A stretch of 64,000 nucleotides of DNA from Octopus vulgaris (Eukaryota): positions 71,734,001-71,798,000 of the forward strand of contig OX597826.1 in NCBI GenBank assembly GCA_951406725.2, read 5' to 3'. Below, piece after piece: positions 11,886-25,030 of the stretch. The translations under genes and the position numbers were made by a program. A model generated the notes under the pieces. That model saw nothing but the letters and a program-made list of their open reading frames with translations. It did not search any database and had not been told where the DNA came from. Position 1 is the first letter of the stretch. Every line of letters starts with the position of its first letter.

Positions 11886-13400
11886 ACTCAAGAGACTCCC
11901 TGGCCTCTGAGCCACACACTATGCTGAATAATTTTACAGCAGTACCAAATGGCTTCATTAGTAACACCTTGGTACTGACGTTTTAATTTTGAAAATTTTT
12001 AAATTTAAAATTTTGCTTTTGACATAAAAAAAAAAATATTTGATTTGTCAGTTTGACTTCTTAATTTTGATTTTTTTAGCCTTTAGATCAAAAGGTGTGA
12101 GAAAGATTCTGAAATCTCAAACAGGTGTGAGTGTCCAAAAAAGGTTAAGAACCTGCTGCTCCATATTCTCATGAAACACATCCCTGCCACCACGGGATGG
12201 AGGTGTAGGGTGGCTTATCTAGCATAAGTCTTTAAAATGGGAACCAGGAACTTTTTTTTCAAAAAGAGGGCCACATCAGATATGGCTCACCATCAGGCTG
12301 GCTGCACCACTAAAAAAAATTCAAAATAATCTTTCACTGATATGATATTCTAAAAGACCTGGGGGTACCCCAAAACTGTAGTTTGCCCATGGCCATAACT
12401 TCACTCATTTTCCCCTCTCCCCCAAACAATACACCACCACATCTGACCCCGTGGGACCTATATAGCTATAAGCTTCTATAACCCCCCCACCAACACCACC
12501 ATCACAATCACTGTCACTGTGGGGCCTAAATAACTGTAAGCCCCCCTGCCGCCACCTATTTCACCCCCACTAACAACAAAGACACAGTTGTTATTATTAA
12601 GGACAAAAAAATGAAAGATAGACAGAAGAGAAAGAGAGAGAGAGAGAAAGACGAGAAGAGAAAAGAAGAGGAAGGAATGGAAGATAGAAAGAGGTAGGGG
12701 GAGGAGGAGGAGTATGAGAAAAATTGAAGTAATAGGACACAGAGGCATTTGTAGCAGAGGGAGGGAATGTGTTAGATAGAACAGCTTTAAACTGGAATGT
12801 CAAATATCTTATACTATGGTGGTGGTGGTAGTATAGCAGAGATTGTTTAGCCCCAGGTCAGCTATATCTACGATAGAGTGAGCCTGTGATCAAAAGCTTT
12901 CTAGCTGTGGCCATCCTGACATTTTACGTATATCGTCTACGACTACATTCTCCTCTGTGTCATTCTCTTATTTCTTAAGAGGAAGTGAGGTGTGATTTGT
13001 AGGAAATGTGACTGCTATTTCTAGCAAGTCGAATGACCACGTATAGGCTCCTTGATATGGTAGTGCTTAGTAATGTAGTTTTATGGTATAGACCAGTGGT
13101 ATGGCATTGGTGCTAGTTGTATAGTGGTGCTGCTATGAAGTAGTAGTAGTAGTATCTAACAGTGTAATAGTTTTGTAATATTATGTACTATAATAAGGAT
13201 GATCAACTTGCAGAATCGGTAGAGCATCTGAAAATTGTCTTACAGTATTTAGTTATGGCCCCTTATATTCAGAGTTCCAATTAACCCTAAGGTCAACTTT
13301 GCATTTCATCCAGGGGTTAATATAATCAGCCATTTCCTTGCTTCACATTAGGAGCCTTGTACTTATATAAGAAATTACTATTAGGTATATACACTTATTA

Positions 13401-13540
13401 TCATCATCATCATCATCGTTTAACGGCCGTTCTCCATGCTAGCATGGGTTGGACGGTTCGACTGGGGATCTGGGAAGCCAGAAGGCTGCGCCAGGCTCCA
13501 GTCTGATCTGGCAGTGTTTCTACAGCTGCCAGATCAGACT
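13401..13540 (-). mobile_element. (GAT)n-tailed RTE-related repeat (family C), 5'-truncated
   Basis: CATCATCGTTTAACG...CATGCTAGCATGGGTTGGACGG signature shared by about 15 copies. Confidence 0.8.
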
Positions 13541-13920
13541 AGGCATAGGAGTGGCTGCGTGGTAAGTAGCTTGCTTATGAACCACATGGTTCCGGGTTCA
13601 GTCCCACTGCATGGAACATTGGGCAAGTGTCTTCTGCTATAGCCTCAGGCTGACCAAAGCCTTGAGTGGATTTGGTAGACGGAAACTGAAAGAAGCCCAT
13701 CGTATATATGTGTGTGTGTATGTGTTTGTCCCCCCAACATCACTTGACAACTGATGCTGGTGTGTTTGCATCCCCATAACTTAGCGGTTCGGCAAAAGAG
13801 ACCAATAGAATAAGTACTAGGCTTACAAAGAATAAGCCCTGGGCTAGGTTTGCTTGACTAAAGGCGGTGCTCCAGCATGGCCACAGTCAAATGACTGAAA
13901 CAAATAAAAGAGTAAAGAGT
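13540..13920 (+). mobile_element. Family A SINE
   Basis: Full length, head to (AAGAGT) tail. Confidence 0.9.
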
Positions 13921-14340
13921 ATATAAAGTGGTGAATTGGCAGAATCATTAATTTGAGTAAAATGCTTAGCAACATGTATATGTTTTGAGTTCAAATTCCA
14001 CCAAGGTCGACTTTGCTTTTCAGCATTTTGGGGTCAATAAAATAAGTAGCAGTTGATCATTGGGGGTCGATGTAATCAACTTAACCCCCCACTTCGAAAT
14101 TGCTGGCATTGTGCCAAAATTCGAAACCAACATTAAATATATATCAAGATGGTGAGCTGGCAGAATTGTTCCATCGTCACATTCTGAGTTCAAATTCCAC
14201 CGGGGTAACTTTATCTTTTAGCCTTTCAGGGTCAATAAAATAAGTACCAGTTGATCACAGGGGTCGATGTAATTGACTTAAACCCCTCCCCCGAAATTGC
14301 TGGCCTTGTGCTAAAATTTGAAACTAATATTATGTATTCT

Positions 14341-14738
14341 TTCTTTTATTCTCTCTTTTACTTGTTTCAGTCATTTGACTGCGGCCATGCTGGAGCACCG
14401 CCTTTAGTCGAGCAAATCGACCCCGGGACTTATTCTTTGTAAGCCCAGTACTTATTCTATCGGTCTCTTTTGCCGAACCGCTATGTAACGGGGACATAAA
14501 CATACCAGCATCGGTTGTCAAGCAATGCTAGGGGGACAAACTCAGACACACACACACATATATATATATACATATATACGACAGGCTTCTTTCAGTTTCC
14601 GTCTACCAAATCCACTCACAAGGCATTGGTCGGCCCGGGGCTATAGCAGAAGACACTTGCCCAAGATGCCACGCAGTGGGCCTGAACCCGGAACCATGTG
14701 GTTGGTTAGCAAGCTACTTACCACACAGCCACTCCTAT
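14341..14738 (-). mobile_element. Family A SINE; another minus copy follows at ~14770-15103 and a plus copy at ~15670-16020
   Basis: Full-length reverse-complement copy. Confidence 0.9.
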
Positions 14739-16589
14739 ATACTATCTTTTATTTTTTCTTTTATCATTTACTCATTTTAGTCATTAGACTGTGGCACTGC
14801 CTAAGAGAATTTTTATTTGAATGAAGTGACCCCAGTACTCATTTTTTTAGTCTGGTACTTATTTTATCAGTGCCTTTTGCCAAACCACTAAGTTACTGGG
14901 ACATAAACAAACCAACACCGGTTATCAAGCAATGGTGGGCACAAACAGCAATAAATAGCAATAAATATATACGATGGGCTTCTTTCAGTTTCCATCTTCC
15001 AAATCCTCTCACAAACTTTTGGTCAGCCCTAGGCTATAGTAGAAGACACTTGCCCAAGTTGCCACACAGTGGGACTGAACCTGGAACCATGTGGTTGGGA
15101 AGCACAGTGGTTGTGCCTAGTTGAAAAGTGGTGTATTAGTGTTGCAGTGTTAGGCTGAAGTGGAGCAAGGATAGTGTGGTGGTGGTATGCAGCCCCAGGT
15201 TAGCTCTGGTAAAGCAGAACTGTAACCAAAGCCCAGGTTAGACCTAATAAAGGCCATCATCAAAGATGTCCAGACCATCTATCAAGGATTACATTCTCTG
15301 ACATGTCCTTCTTTGTTTGAAGACACGAGGACTTGATTTGAGAAGCATGGTTGCCATTTCTAGCAGGTTGAGCCACAAAATAATAATGTTGATGTTACCC
15401 ACAGGTTGGTCCTGATTGAGTATACAAATATAAAAATCAAAGATACTCCACCCATGACCACCTTCAAGTTTTCTTATGTGTATGAAACCCCAGAACACAT
15501 TAACTGATGTATCTTTTTTTCTTTAAGATAGCATAATTTTATTTGAAGGAGATTTGGCTGCTATTTCTAGCAAGACAAACAACCATGCACAGACACCTTC
15601 ATTGGTTTTGTGTCATGTGGTATGGTTGGGATGTTTATAAATGATGCATGTAATACATTGTGAACGGTATGGTGTGGCTGTGTGGTAACAAGTCTGCTTC
15701 CCAACCAAATGGTTCTGGGTTCGGTCCCACTGCATGGCACCTTGGGCTAGTGTCTTCTACTATAGTCTCAGGCCAACAAAAACCTTGTGAGTAGATTTGG
15801 TAGACAAAAACTGAAAAAAAGTACACTGTATACATGTGTGTGTGTCTGTGTTTGTCCCACAGAACCGCTTGATAACCGGTGTTGGTGTGTTTACGTCCCT
15901 GTAACTTTTGGTGAAAGTAAGGGATAAAAAAAAATACCAAGCTCAAAAACGAAATAAGTACTGGTGTTGATTCGATCAACTAAGAATTTTCAAGGTGGTG
16001 CCCCAGCATGGCCACAGTAACATGACAGAGGGCATGATATGGTATTATACAATATGGTATCATGACTGCTATGTATAACGTGTTGTAGTACTGTGTAGTA
16101 TCGGGTATAGCGTCTAGTGGTATGGTTTGTTACGGTATGTGATGTTGTGATATAGAGTCATATGGCGTTATAACTAACTGTGTAAAGGGCAGGGAGTTGG
16201 CAGAATTGTTAGAATGCCAGACAAAATGCTCAGTAGCATTTTGTCCCGAGTTCAAATTCCACTGAGGTCAACTTTGCCTTTCATCCTTTTGCGGGGGTTG
16301 GTGAAACAAGAACCAGTTAAGCACTGGGGGTCAATGCAATCAACTACACCCTCCCCCAAACATTTCAGGCCTTGTGCCCAAGGCAGAAAGGATTATAACT
16401 GCTGTGTATAATGTATGGTGATGCGGGTATGGTTTTAATATCATGTTGTATTATGGAATGCTGGCGTGATATCATGAATACGTGATATGGCATGGTGCTG
16501 TGATAGTAGTATAAATGTATCATCGTATAGTGTGTTGTGTTGTCATATTCTATGTGTTATGGCTGCTGTGTAAGGCCTGTTGTATTATA

Positions 16590-16632
16590 TATATATATGT
16601 ATCATAAATGTATTATATATATATATATATAT

Positions 16633-16725
<93 letters not shown>
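16590..16725. repeat. (AT)n/(CT)n compound microsatellite
   Basis: Direct reading of the sequence. Confidence 0.95.
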
Positions 16726-16726
<1 letters not shown>

Positions 16727-16729
<3 letters not shown>

Positions 16730-16942
16730 ATTACTCATAAAATACAGTGTACATTTAAACACATACGAGGAATCCGCTCATGGGACTCCTCACGCTAGAA
16801 AGAACAGCTAGGTTCCAAAACCACAAAATTAGGGATAAAATCCCGAAAGCTTTCGGAACCTAACTGCTCTTTCTAGCGTAATGAATCCCATGAGTGGATT
16901 CCTCTTGTGTTTAAATGTACACTGTATTTTATGAGTAATACA
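16727..16942. repeat. Long imperfect inverted repeat (about 90-bp arms)
   Basis: Arms 16727-16816 and 16855-16942 are reverse complements with a few mismatches. Confidence 0.9.
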
Positions 16943-17039
16943 TAGTCTTTTGGAGTAAAATTTTACACGCTGGGCCACTGGAAGTGAAAATTTCTATCAA
17001 TTTCCATTTCCCTTCGATATGATGATGTATATAAATATA

Positions 17040-18340
17040 TACATGTATGTGTTATTATATGCATTATATATGTGTGTGTGTGTGTGTGCTGTTTATAGTG
17101 AGTTGTACGGTGATGAGTGCTGTGTGTGTGGCATATTGTAGAAGGATGAAGTGTCATAATGATTGCTGTGAATAAGAAGTGTGTCTCATGACTCTTGTTT
17201 GTAGCATGTTGCGGTTGGTTTGGTTTGGTTTGGTTTGGTTTGGTGTACTTCCTTCTGGGGTTGAATTTGATGTGTGTGTGTGTGTGCAATGTGTGTGTGT
17301 GAGTGAGAGAGTGTGCAATGTGTGTAGTTACGTGTCGGTATGTGTATACGTGTGTAGTTATGTGTATTTGTGTGTAGTTATGTGTATTTGTGAGTGCATG
17401 TGCGTGTAGGTACGTGTTTGTGTGTGTGTGTGTGTGTGTGTGCATATGTGTGTAGTTATGTGTCGGTATGTATGTGTGTGTGTGTGTGTTTGTGTAGGTA
17501 TGTATGTGCTTGTGTATGTGTGTGCATATGTGCAATATGTGTAGTTATATGTCAGCATGTGTGTGTGTGCAATGTGTGTAATTATGAGTGTTTGTGTGTG
17601 TATGTGTGTGTGTGCAATGTGTAGTTATGTGTAGGTATGTGTTTGTGTGTGTTTGCATGTGTGTGTGTGTGTTTGTGCATGTGTGTGTGTGTGCAATATG
17701 TGTATTAATGCATGTATTTATGTGTGAAAATTAGTGTGTTTCTACTCATTTGTATGCGTGTGTGTGTGTGTGTGTATGACATGAACTACTAACACACACA
17801 CACACACACAGAACTACAGTGGGAGGTGAGGAGGAGGGGTAAGAGTAGGAAACAATTTAATGCCAGATTGATGTACTGGTTGTAGTAGTGGTAGTGGTGC
17901 TGATGCAGGCAATGGTGCTAGTGGCAAAGGTTATTGTAGTGCTGGCGACAGAAGAGGTGGTTGTAGTGTAAGCTGCAGAAGCAGCAGTAGTAGTAGTAGT
18001 AGTAGTAGTATTGCTGTTGATGTAGCCAGCAGCAGCGGTAGTAGTAATAGTAGTAGTTGAAATGTCGTAGGTGGTGATATATGTTGTAGTAGTAGTGGTA
18101 GTGGTTGTGGTGGTAGTAGTAACAGCCGCAGTAGTAATAGTAGTAGTAGTGGTTGTGGTGGTGGTGATGGTAGTAGTAGTGGCAGTAGTAATAGTAGTAG
18201 TAGTAGTAGTAGTAGTGGTAGTAGTTTAGTAGTAGCAGTGGTTGTAATAGTAAAGGAGATGGTGGTGGTGGTGATGATGGTGAACAGGGTGGTAGTGTAA
18301 GTGTTTCTAGTGCAGGTAGTGGTAGTGGTTGTGGTGTAGG
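17040..18340. repeat. Degenerate (TG)n-rich, (TTTGG)n and (TAG/TGG)n simple-repeat tract
   Basis: Low-complexity sequence; explains the spurious His/Thr- and Tyr-rich ORFs. Confidence 0.9.
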
Positions 18341-18865
18341 ATTAGGGTACACTACAATGGTAAGGCAGTACTTGGTGGACATGTGCAGTGGGGGGGGGGG
18401 GGCAAAGGCGGTCTTATATAACGGAAGGGGAATGGAGAGACAGTGGGGGATGGGGGTGACAGTGGTGGGTAGGATGTAATTTAATAATAGTGGTGGGTGT
18501 TTGAGAGAGAGAGACAGAGAGAGAAAGGGAGAGAGAGAGAGACGAAGAGAAGGAAAAGTAAGAAGTAGTGAAAAAAATGTAGGCAAAAATGTTGCTATGA
18601 CAATAAACCACACACACACATGTATGTATGTATATACATGCATATATATATATAGGCACAGATGTAGATGAGTGGTAGAAAAAAAGTTTGCTTCCCAACC
18701 ACATAGTTCCAAGTTCAGGTCAACTTTGTGGTACCTTGGGTGTCTCCTATTATAGTCCCTGGGCCAAAAACACATTGTGAGAGTATTTGGTAGACAGAAA
18801 CTGAAAGAAGCCCATTGTTTTTATATACATACATGCATACTTACATATATATATATATATATATA

Positions 18866-19030
18866 AATCACGTGACCGACCAGACCATCAGATGTTGCTA
18901 CACATCGCTGGTCACAATGCGCTTCGCATTGTTTTAGCCTTCGAATGACGCCACCCCGCTGGCTAAGCGAGCAGGCCAACAGAAGAAAGAGTGAGAGAAA
19001 GTTGTGGTGAAAGAGTACAGCAGGGATCCC
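18866..19030 (-). mobile_element. Family E SINE 3' fragment; also at 62760-62945
   Basis: Reverse complement of the 3' half of 48121-48410. Confidence 0.8.
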
Positions 19031-19299
19031 GGAACCCATGTCATGTCTTACGAAAGAACCCTTTTGCACTGAATAGTGACTGGTGAAGAAAAATGGGTTC
19101 TCTATAAAAAAAATGTCTTCTCTTCTCACGTGACCGCTGGCCGACTACTAGCCCTTTTGCGTTGGACCACGGTCACTGTCAAATCAATATTTTCCTGTGC
19201 CATAAGGCTTAATTCTCGACACACCAGCTGAATTCAATTTGTCTCCAGTCGAAAGACATCTGTTGTTATGTCCTGTTATCATTATTATTATTGTTTTTT

Positions 19300-19970
19300 T
19301 GTATAATGGAAGTGACACAGGGGCATATTCAGCATATTTTGCTTTAGGAATTCAATAAAGGCAACAAAGCAATAGAAAGTGTGAGGAATATTAATGCAGT
19401 ATATGGGGATTGAACAATAAGCTTAAGCCAGTGTGAATGGTGGTTCCAGAAATTCTGAGCTAGAAACTACAGCCTAGAAGACAAACCTCATTGTGGAAGA
19501 TCTGTAGAGCTCAACAAAAATGTCCTGCAAACCCTGGTGGAACTAAATCCCATTGTAACTGTGGAGGAACTAGTAGAGAAGCTTGAATTTCGTCATTCAA
19601 CCATTTGACACCTGCGTGCTATCGGATAAGTGAGCAAATTGGGTCAATGGGTTCCTCACAAACTTTCCAAATTTAATCGCACACAGAGAGTGAATGTGTG
19701 CTCTTCTTCACTGTCACATCTTACGAATGAACCCTTTTGGACTGAATAGTGACTGGTGCCGAGAAATGGGTTCTCTATAAAAAAACGTGAAGCACTCACT
19801 GAAGACAGTGGGTAGGGAAAGGAAAAACACTGGCACCCCAGACTAAAAAAGGTCTTCATGTATGTAAGGTGTTGTTATCTGTTTGGTGGGATATGAAAGG
19901 TTTAGTTCACTTTGAACTTTTAAACCCAAACCAAACAGTAACAAAGGAGATCTAGTGCGAGCAAGGAAAA
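19300..19970 (+). mobile_element. Degraded mariner transposase
   Basis: Broken reading with GQWVPHKL, IVTG.EKWVLY and SVWWDMKGLVHFELLNPNQTVT motifs. Confidence 0.85.
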
Positions 19971-20488
19971 GAACAAGGGGAAAAAAACACCCCTTTGAAT
20001 AAGGTGAGGTGGGGAGTATTTGAGAGACAGGGACAGGTAGCTTTATGCCAGGTGTTAATGGAAGTTAAAATATGATAAAGGAACAAGTGTTCCTATGATA
20101 AAGTACAAGTGTCTTGCTATACATTTGGCAATTTTCCTTTTTTTTTTTTTCATAATAAATATGATTCTACTCAGTTCAGTTCGTGTTTGTTATTTTTATA
20201 CATGAAAGAAGCTTATTCTAATAATATAAGAGTGCACATGCACTCACACACACAAGCATACAAAAGCACTTAACAAACTTCATAAGTGCTTTGGCATGAA
20301 ACTTCAGCTCTTTGAGTCACTGATGTGGCTTCTTGGCTATAAATAAAAGAAGAAAAAGGCTCTATGTATTATGTTTCATTTTCCCATTTGTACAAATTAT
20401 CCTCTGTGTGTGTGTATGTATACACCTATATATCTATACACAAACACACACGTACCTATATATATATATACATATATATATATAACCC

Positions 20489-20633
20489 TCAACTGGGGTC
20501 TGGGAAGCCCGAAGGCTGCACCAGGCCACCGCCAGATCTGACTGGCCTGGTGCAGCCTTCGGGCTTCCCAGACCCCAGTTGAACCGTCCAACCCATGCTA
20601 GCATGGAAGGCGGACGTTAAACGATGATGATGA
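20489..20633 (+). mobile_element. Family C repeat with fold-back 5' end
   Basis: Perfect 40-bp inverted repeat followed by the normal 3' end with (GAT)n. Confidence 0.85.
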
Positions 20634-20637
20634 TATA

Positions 20638-20688
<51 letters not shown>

Positions 20689-21205
20689 GTAGATACACAC
20701 ATGCAAATATAAATATATATAAATATATAAAATACAGCCAAGCTGAAAAGAACATTTGTTTCCTAAGAGAAACCCCTCAACCAACTTCCCAACCATCTCT
20801 ACCTGCAACTAACACACACACATACACACACAGACGAGTCCTAATTCCTGGCATCCTGACCTTGTGCCAAAATTAGAACTTACTCTTATCATTAGGAAGA
20901 GAGACTGATGAATGGTTGAGCAACAGACAAAATAGTTGAATCAGTACAGCAGGGCTCTGAATGGATGAAACTGGAAAAGTAGCAGACAAAATGGAGGAAT
21001 CAGCCAGAAAGGCTACAAAATTACACAACTGGTAGAACATGGTAGAAACTACTCTGTGGAATTAGGTCACATTTGGCCTGTTTATGCTTTTAGTTCTGAC
21101 AGGCACAAGCATGGCTCTGTGGTTAAGATGGTATGGGGTTCAGTTCCACTGTGTGGCACCTTGGGTAAAGTGTCTGTTACCATGACTCTGGGCCAACCAA
21201 TGCCT

Positions 21206-21545
21206 TCATCATCATCGTTTAACGTCCATTTTCCGTGCTAGCATGGGTTGGACGGTTCGACCGGGGTCTGGAAAGCCAGGAGGCTGCACCAGGCTCCAAT
21301 CTGATCTGGCAATGTCTCTACAGCTGGATGCCCTTCCTAACGCCAACCACTCTGAGAGTGTAGTGGGTGCTTTTTACATGCAACCAGCACAGGAGCCAGT
21401 CAAGCAGCCCTGGTATCAATCACATTCAGATAGTGCTTTTTACATGCCACTGGCACGGAAGCCAGTCTGAGGACATTGGCATCGACCATGTTCAGATGGC
21501 GTTTTTTAACATGCCAACGGCACAGAAGCCAGTCAGGTGGACCTA
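21206..21545 (-). mobile_element. Family C repeat with internal subrepeats
   Basis: Family signature plus repeated GCTTTTTACATGCCA units. Confidence 0.8.
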
Positions 21546-23439
21546 ATCAACTAAGCTACGCACGTGCTGTCATTAATTACTCAGGGTAGGCAGTTGGTGA
21601 CATTTATGTAGTAAAACACACAAAAAAATAAGCGAAACACAGGTGCATGACTGTTGAAGGCAGATTTACCTCTGCCTTTAAAGCACGTAAAGAAAAGTGT
21701 TGTAGGAGTGTACACAGCATGTGTACTACAGCAATTCTATGCCTAGCTTTAATACTGAGATTGAAAAGCAGGGGGAGAATTATGCCTACCTAATCTACAA
21801 ACAAAAAAATAAAATATTTTCCATTTTATGCACAGTAATCTGAGTAAACTTCATAATTTTATTGAATTAGGTGCATATTTTGCCATAGAAGGAAAATGTT
21901 GCTATTGATCCATTTTATTCAAGGTAGGCACTGCCTACCTTGCCTGCCCAGGCATCACATCCCTGAACTAAGGCCTCCTGCAAAATTCCTTGCCTCATGC
22001 CTATAATAGAAAGGATTATTATTATTATCATTTTCGGGATTGATAAAATAAGTACCAGTTGAGCAATGAGACTGATGTAATCAACTTATTCCTTTCTCTG
22101 AAACTGCTGGCCTAGCGCCAAAATTTGAAACCATTATTATTATCATTATTAGACAAAATACTTAGTTGCATTTCTTGTAGTGCTTTAGATTCTGAGATCA
22201 AATTCTACAATGGTCTACTTTGCCAAACACCCTTTCTGGGTCGATAAAATAAGTACCAGTCAAACACTAGGGTCATTGTAATTGGTTGATTCCCACCTCC
22301 CTTGAACTAGCTGGTCTGGTGCCAAAATTTGAAACTATTATCATTATATTTTTTATTATTGAGTGAGAGAGCAGTGCATGCCATCAAAGTGACACTCGGT
22401 AAAACATATGAAGCCTAGTATACCCATCATGACTACCCATCTGATAAGGGTACAGCAGACACATGCATCACAATCATGTGCGCGGCATGGTGATCTCATA
22501 TTAAGATAAACAGCGCATGACCTTGCAGGTGGGATGCAGAATTTTCTTCAGGTCGAGTGACGCATCCCACTCAAAAGGTCTTGAATGAGTGTTGTTTAAA
22601 AGGATGATGAAGAAAACACCCATGTTTTCAAAGGAGAATTATCCAAACCCCAAAGAATTCCTCTTAACACATGACTATGATGCTCTCCCACTAGTTCTGC
22701 TCGTGATCAGAGATGCACATATCGTCAGCCACTAAGGGACATGCTCAACTGGTTATGGTCAAGCAACTGACAAGCAAATCTGTGGTATTGAGCAGAATAT
22801 TTACTGTAGCCCATGTTTTATACCAAGACAGAACAATATTATCATTATAATTATTATTATTATTGCAACACAGAAGAAGGAGAGTTCAGAATCCATTTTC
22901 TTCCCAAGTTGGAATTATTTCAGTTCATTGCGACTCGAATGTTGAAGTCGATAATTGGTTAAATATTCCTCTATCATGCGATACATCCTAATATACATAC
23001 ACAATACAGGCCACTGCTCCTTGAACATGAAGAAATCGTATGACAAGGTAACAGAAATATAAAGAAAATATTCTGAGATATTTTAAAACAAGAATCATCA
23101 GTAAAATTTGGAAAACATGAAAACTGAATAGTAAATATGCTAAAATAATAATAGTTAGGTAATGCCGTAGAACACCAAAAAAAATTAGGTGTTTGGTTTT
23201 ACAAATAGGCGATCCCGACTAAATACGTAAAAGGGAGTGTATATCTTTTATTTTTTATTTGTTTCTGTTATTATATTTTTATTAGCAGAAATTACTACAG
23301 AAGTGACTCAAGGTCCTGGAGTTTCGTGTCGGCTTTCATTCATGCATAATGTAGTAGTTAGACAAAGGGAAGTAATCGATGTAGACATGGGTGGCTGGAG
23401 AAACGAAGCAGAAGGCATTGAGAAAGAAAGACATGCAGA

Positions 23440-23595
23440 GAGGGAGGGGGGAGAGAAAGGGAGAGAAGCAGGCAAAGAGAACGACAGAGGAAAAGAGGGA
23501 GGGAAAGGGAGAGAAACAGGCAAAGAAAACGAGAGAGAAAGGGAGGGAGGGAAAGGGAGAGAAACAGGCAAAGAGAACGAGAGAGGAAGAGAGGG
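23440..23595. repeat. Purine-rich minisatellite (about 3 units of AAGGGAGAGAAACAGGCAAAGAGAACGA...)
   Basis: Direct tandem repetition. Confidence 0.8.
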
Positions 23596-24844
23596 AATTA
23601 AAGATAGACTGACAGATAGAGAAAGAAATTTTCATAATAAAAAACAAGATATCTTGTTGCAGGGAAAGTATTAGATCCTTATATTTTTTCCAAATTATTT
23701 CATAATACACAGAAAATATTCTAATTTCATTTTCAACGAGAATAAGAATTAAAATATGCACGCATACGGTCTCTCTCTCTCTCTCTCTCTGCTGACATAT
23801 TTTTTTTTTAACGCCATGCGTCAATAAGAGATGGCTTCTCGAGACGAAAACCGTAGATTAGAAGGCTTTCAACTGTATTATATACGCTGTGAGCAGTATG
23901 ATATACACACCACTAAAATATTCTAAGATACACACGTGCGCTTTCTACCCCCTCCCTCTCTCTCTCTCTCTAACACAAGCATGTGCCCTTCCTATATATT
24001 CCATTTCTTTTATTTTTGAGTCCTTCTTGTCTATCGAACCTTAGAAATAAAATGGAACAAAAAAAGAAAAAAGAAGAAAAACAGCAAGCTTCGATACGAA
24101 TGCGCGCATGAATACACATTTTAAAAATTTCTAATTCCGACCGCATTTTTTTCCTTTCCACACACACACGCACTCATTTTTCTTTTTTTTTTAATTCTTC
24201 CTCAGTATGTTTTATCCCTCCATCGATGCCAACGCCGCGCCGGAGCAGTGGCTCCATTCTACATATACATTCACACACAAATTTATTTAAACCAGACCTC
24301 ATTAACATAGACCCATTCGCGCACTCATTCACGCACCGACCCCCAACCACAGGTGACGTCGACATAGGCCGTCCGTGCAACGAGTTGTCTCCCTTAGAAC
24401 AGTTCTCACATGATTAACATTATCATATACATTAATTATCTCCGTGTGTGTGTATGTGTATTAGATTTATACACGCATAATTACACACACACACACATAT
24501 ATATATACGCACACAAACGTACATGCGGCATACATTAAATACAGAATATATAACACTGGTTTTGAGAGAAAGCGAGAGAGCAGCTTTCCACATGACTCGA
24601 CCATCAATGAATGTGACGACATCGCTATGACGTCATCGTCCTTTCATCTATGCCGCCCCTACTATGAAAAATCCAGTCACAACTAACTCTAGCTATGACA
24701 TTTTCCTTTCTCATTATGAATTAGCTTTTCAGATCTTATCTTCGTTTTTTTAATTTAGTGAAAGGTAAATTCTATTTGAAGTGAATTAATCGTTTTTAAA
24801 CGAGTCAGAAATGCTTGTAGTTGTTGAACCGTGATGCAGCACAC

Positions 24845-25030
24845 CTTTGATCAAAAGGCATTCCAGCTGTGACCATCCCGTCTTTATCGACATAATCTAA
24901 CCAAGATTACATTATTCAGCATATTCTTTTTTTTTAAAAAAAAAAAAAGACAGTAGGGCAGATTTGAGGGATATTTGGCTGTTATTTCTAGCAGGTTGGG
25001 CGACCAATTACGAAGAGATTCCATTGTTTG
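24845..25030 (+). repeat. Unclassified dispersed repeat (family G); copies near 12840-13050, 15190-15600, 27950-28100, 33870-34050
   Basis: Shared GATCAAAGGCATTCCAGCTGTGACCATC ... GATTTGGCTGCTATTTCTAGCAGG motifs. Confidence 0.65.

Noticed and set aside
16963-18775. Long ORFs of 190 aa and 285 aa
   Set aside because: Translations of (TG)n and (TAG)n simple repeats, not genes.
23237-23674. 145-aa Glu/Gly/Arg-rich ORF
   Set aside because: Mostly the translation of a purine-rich minisatellite.
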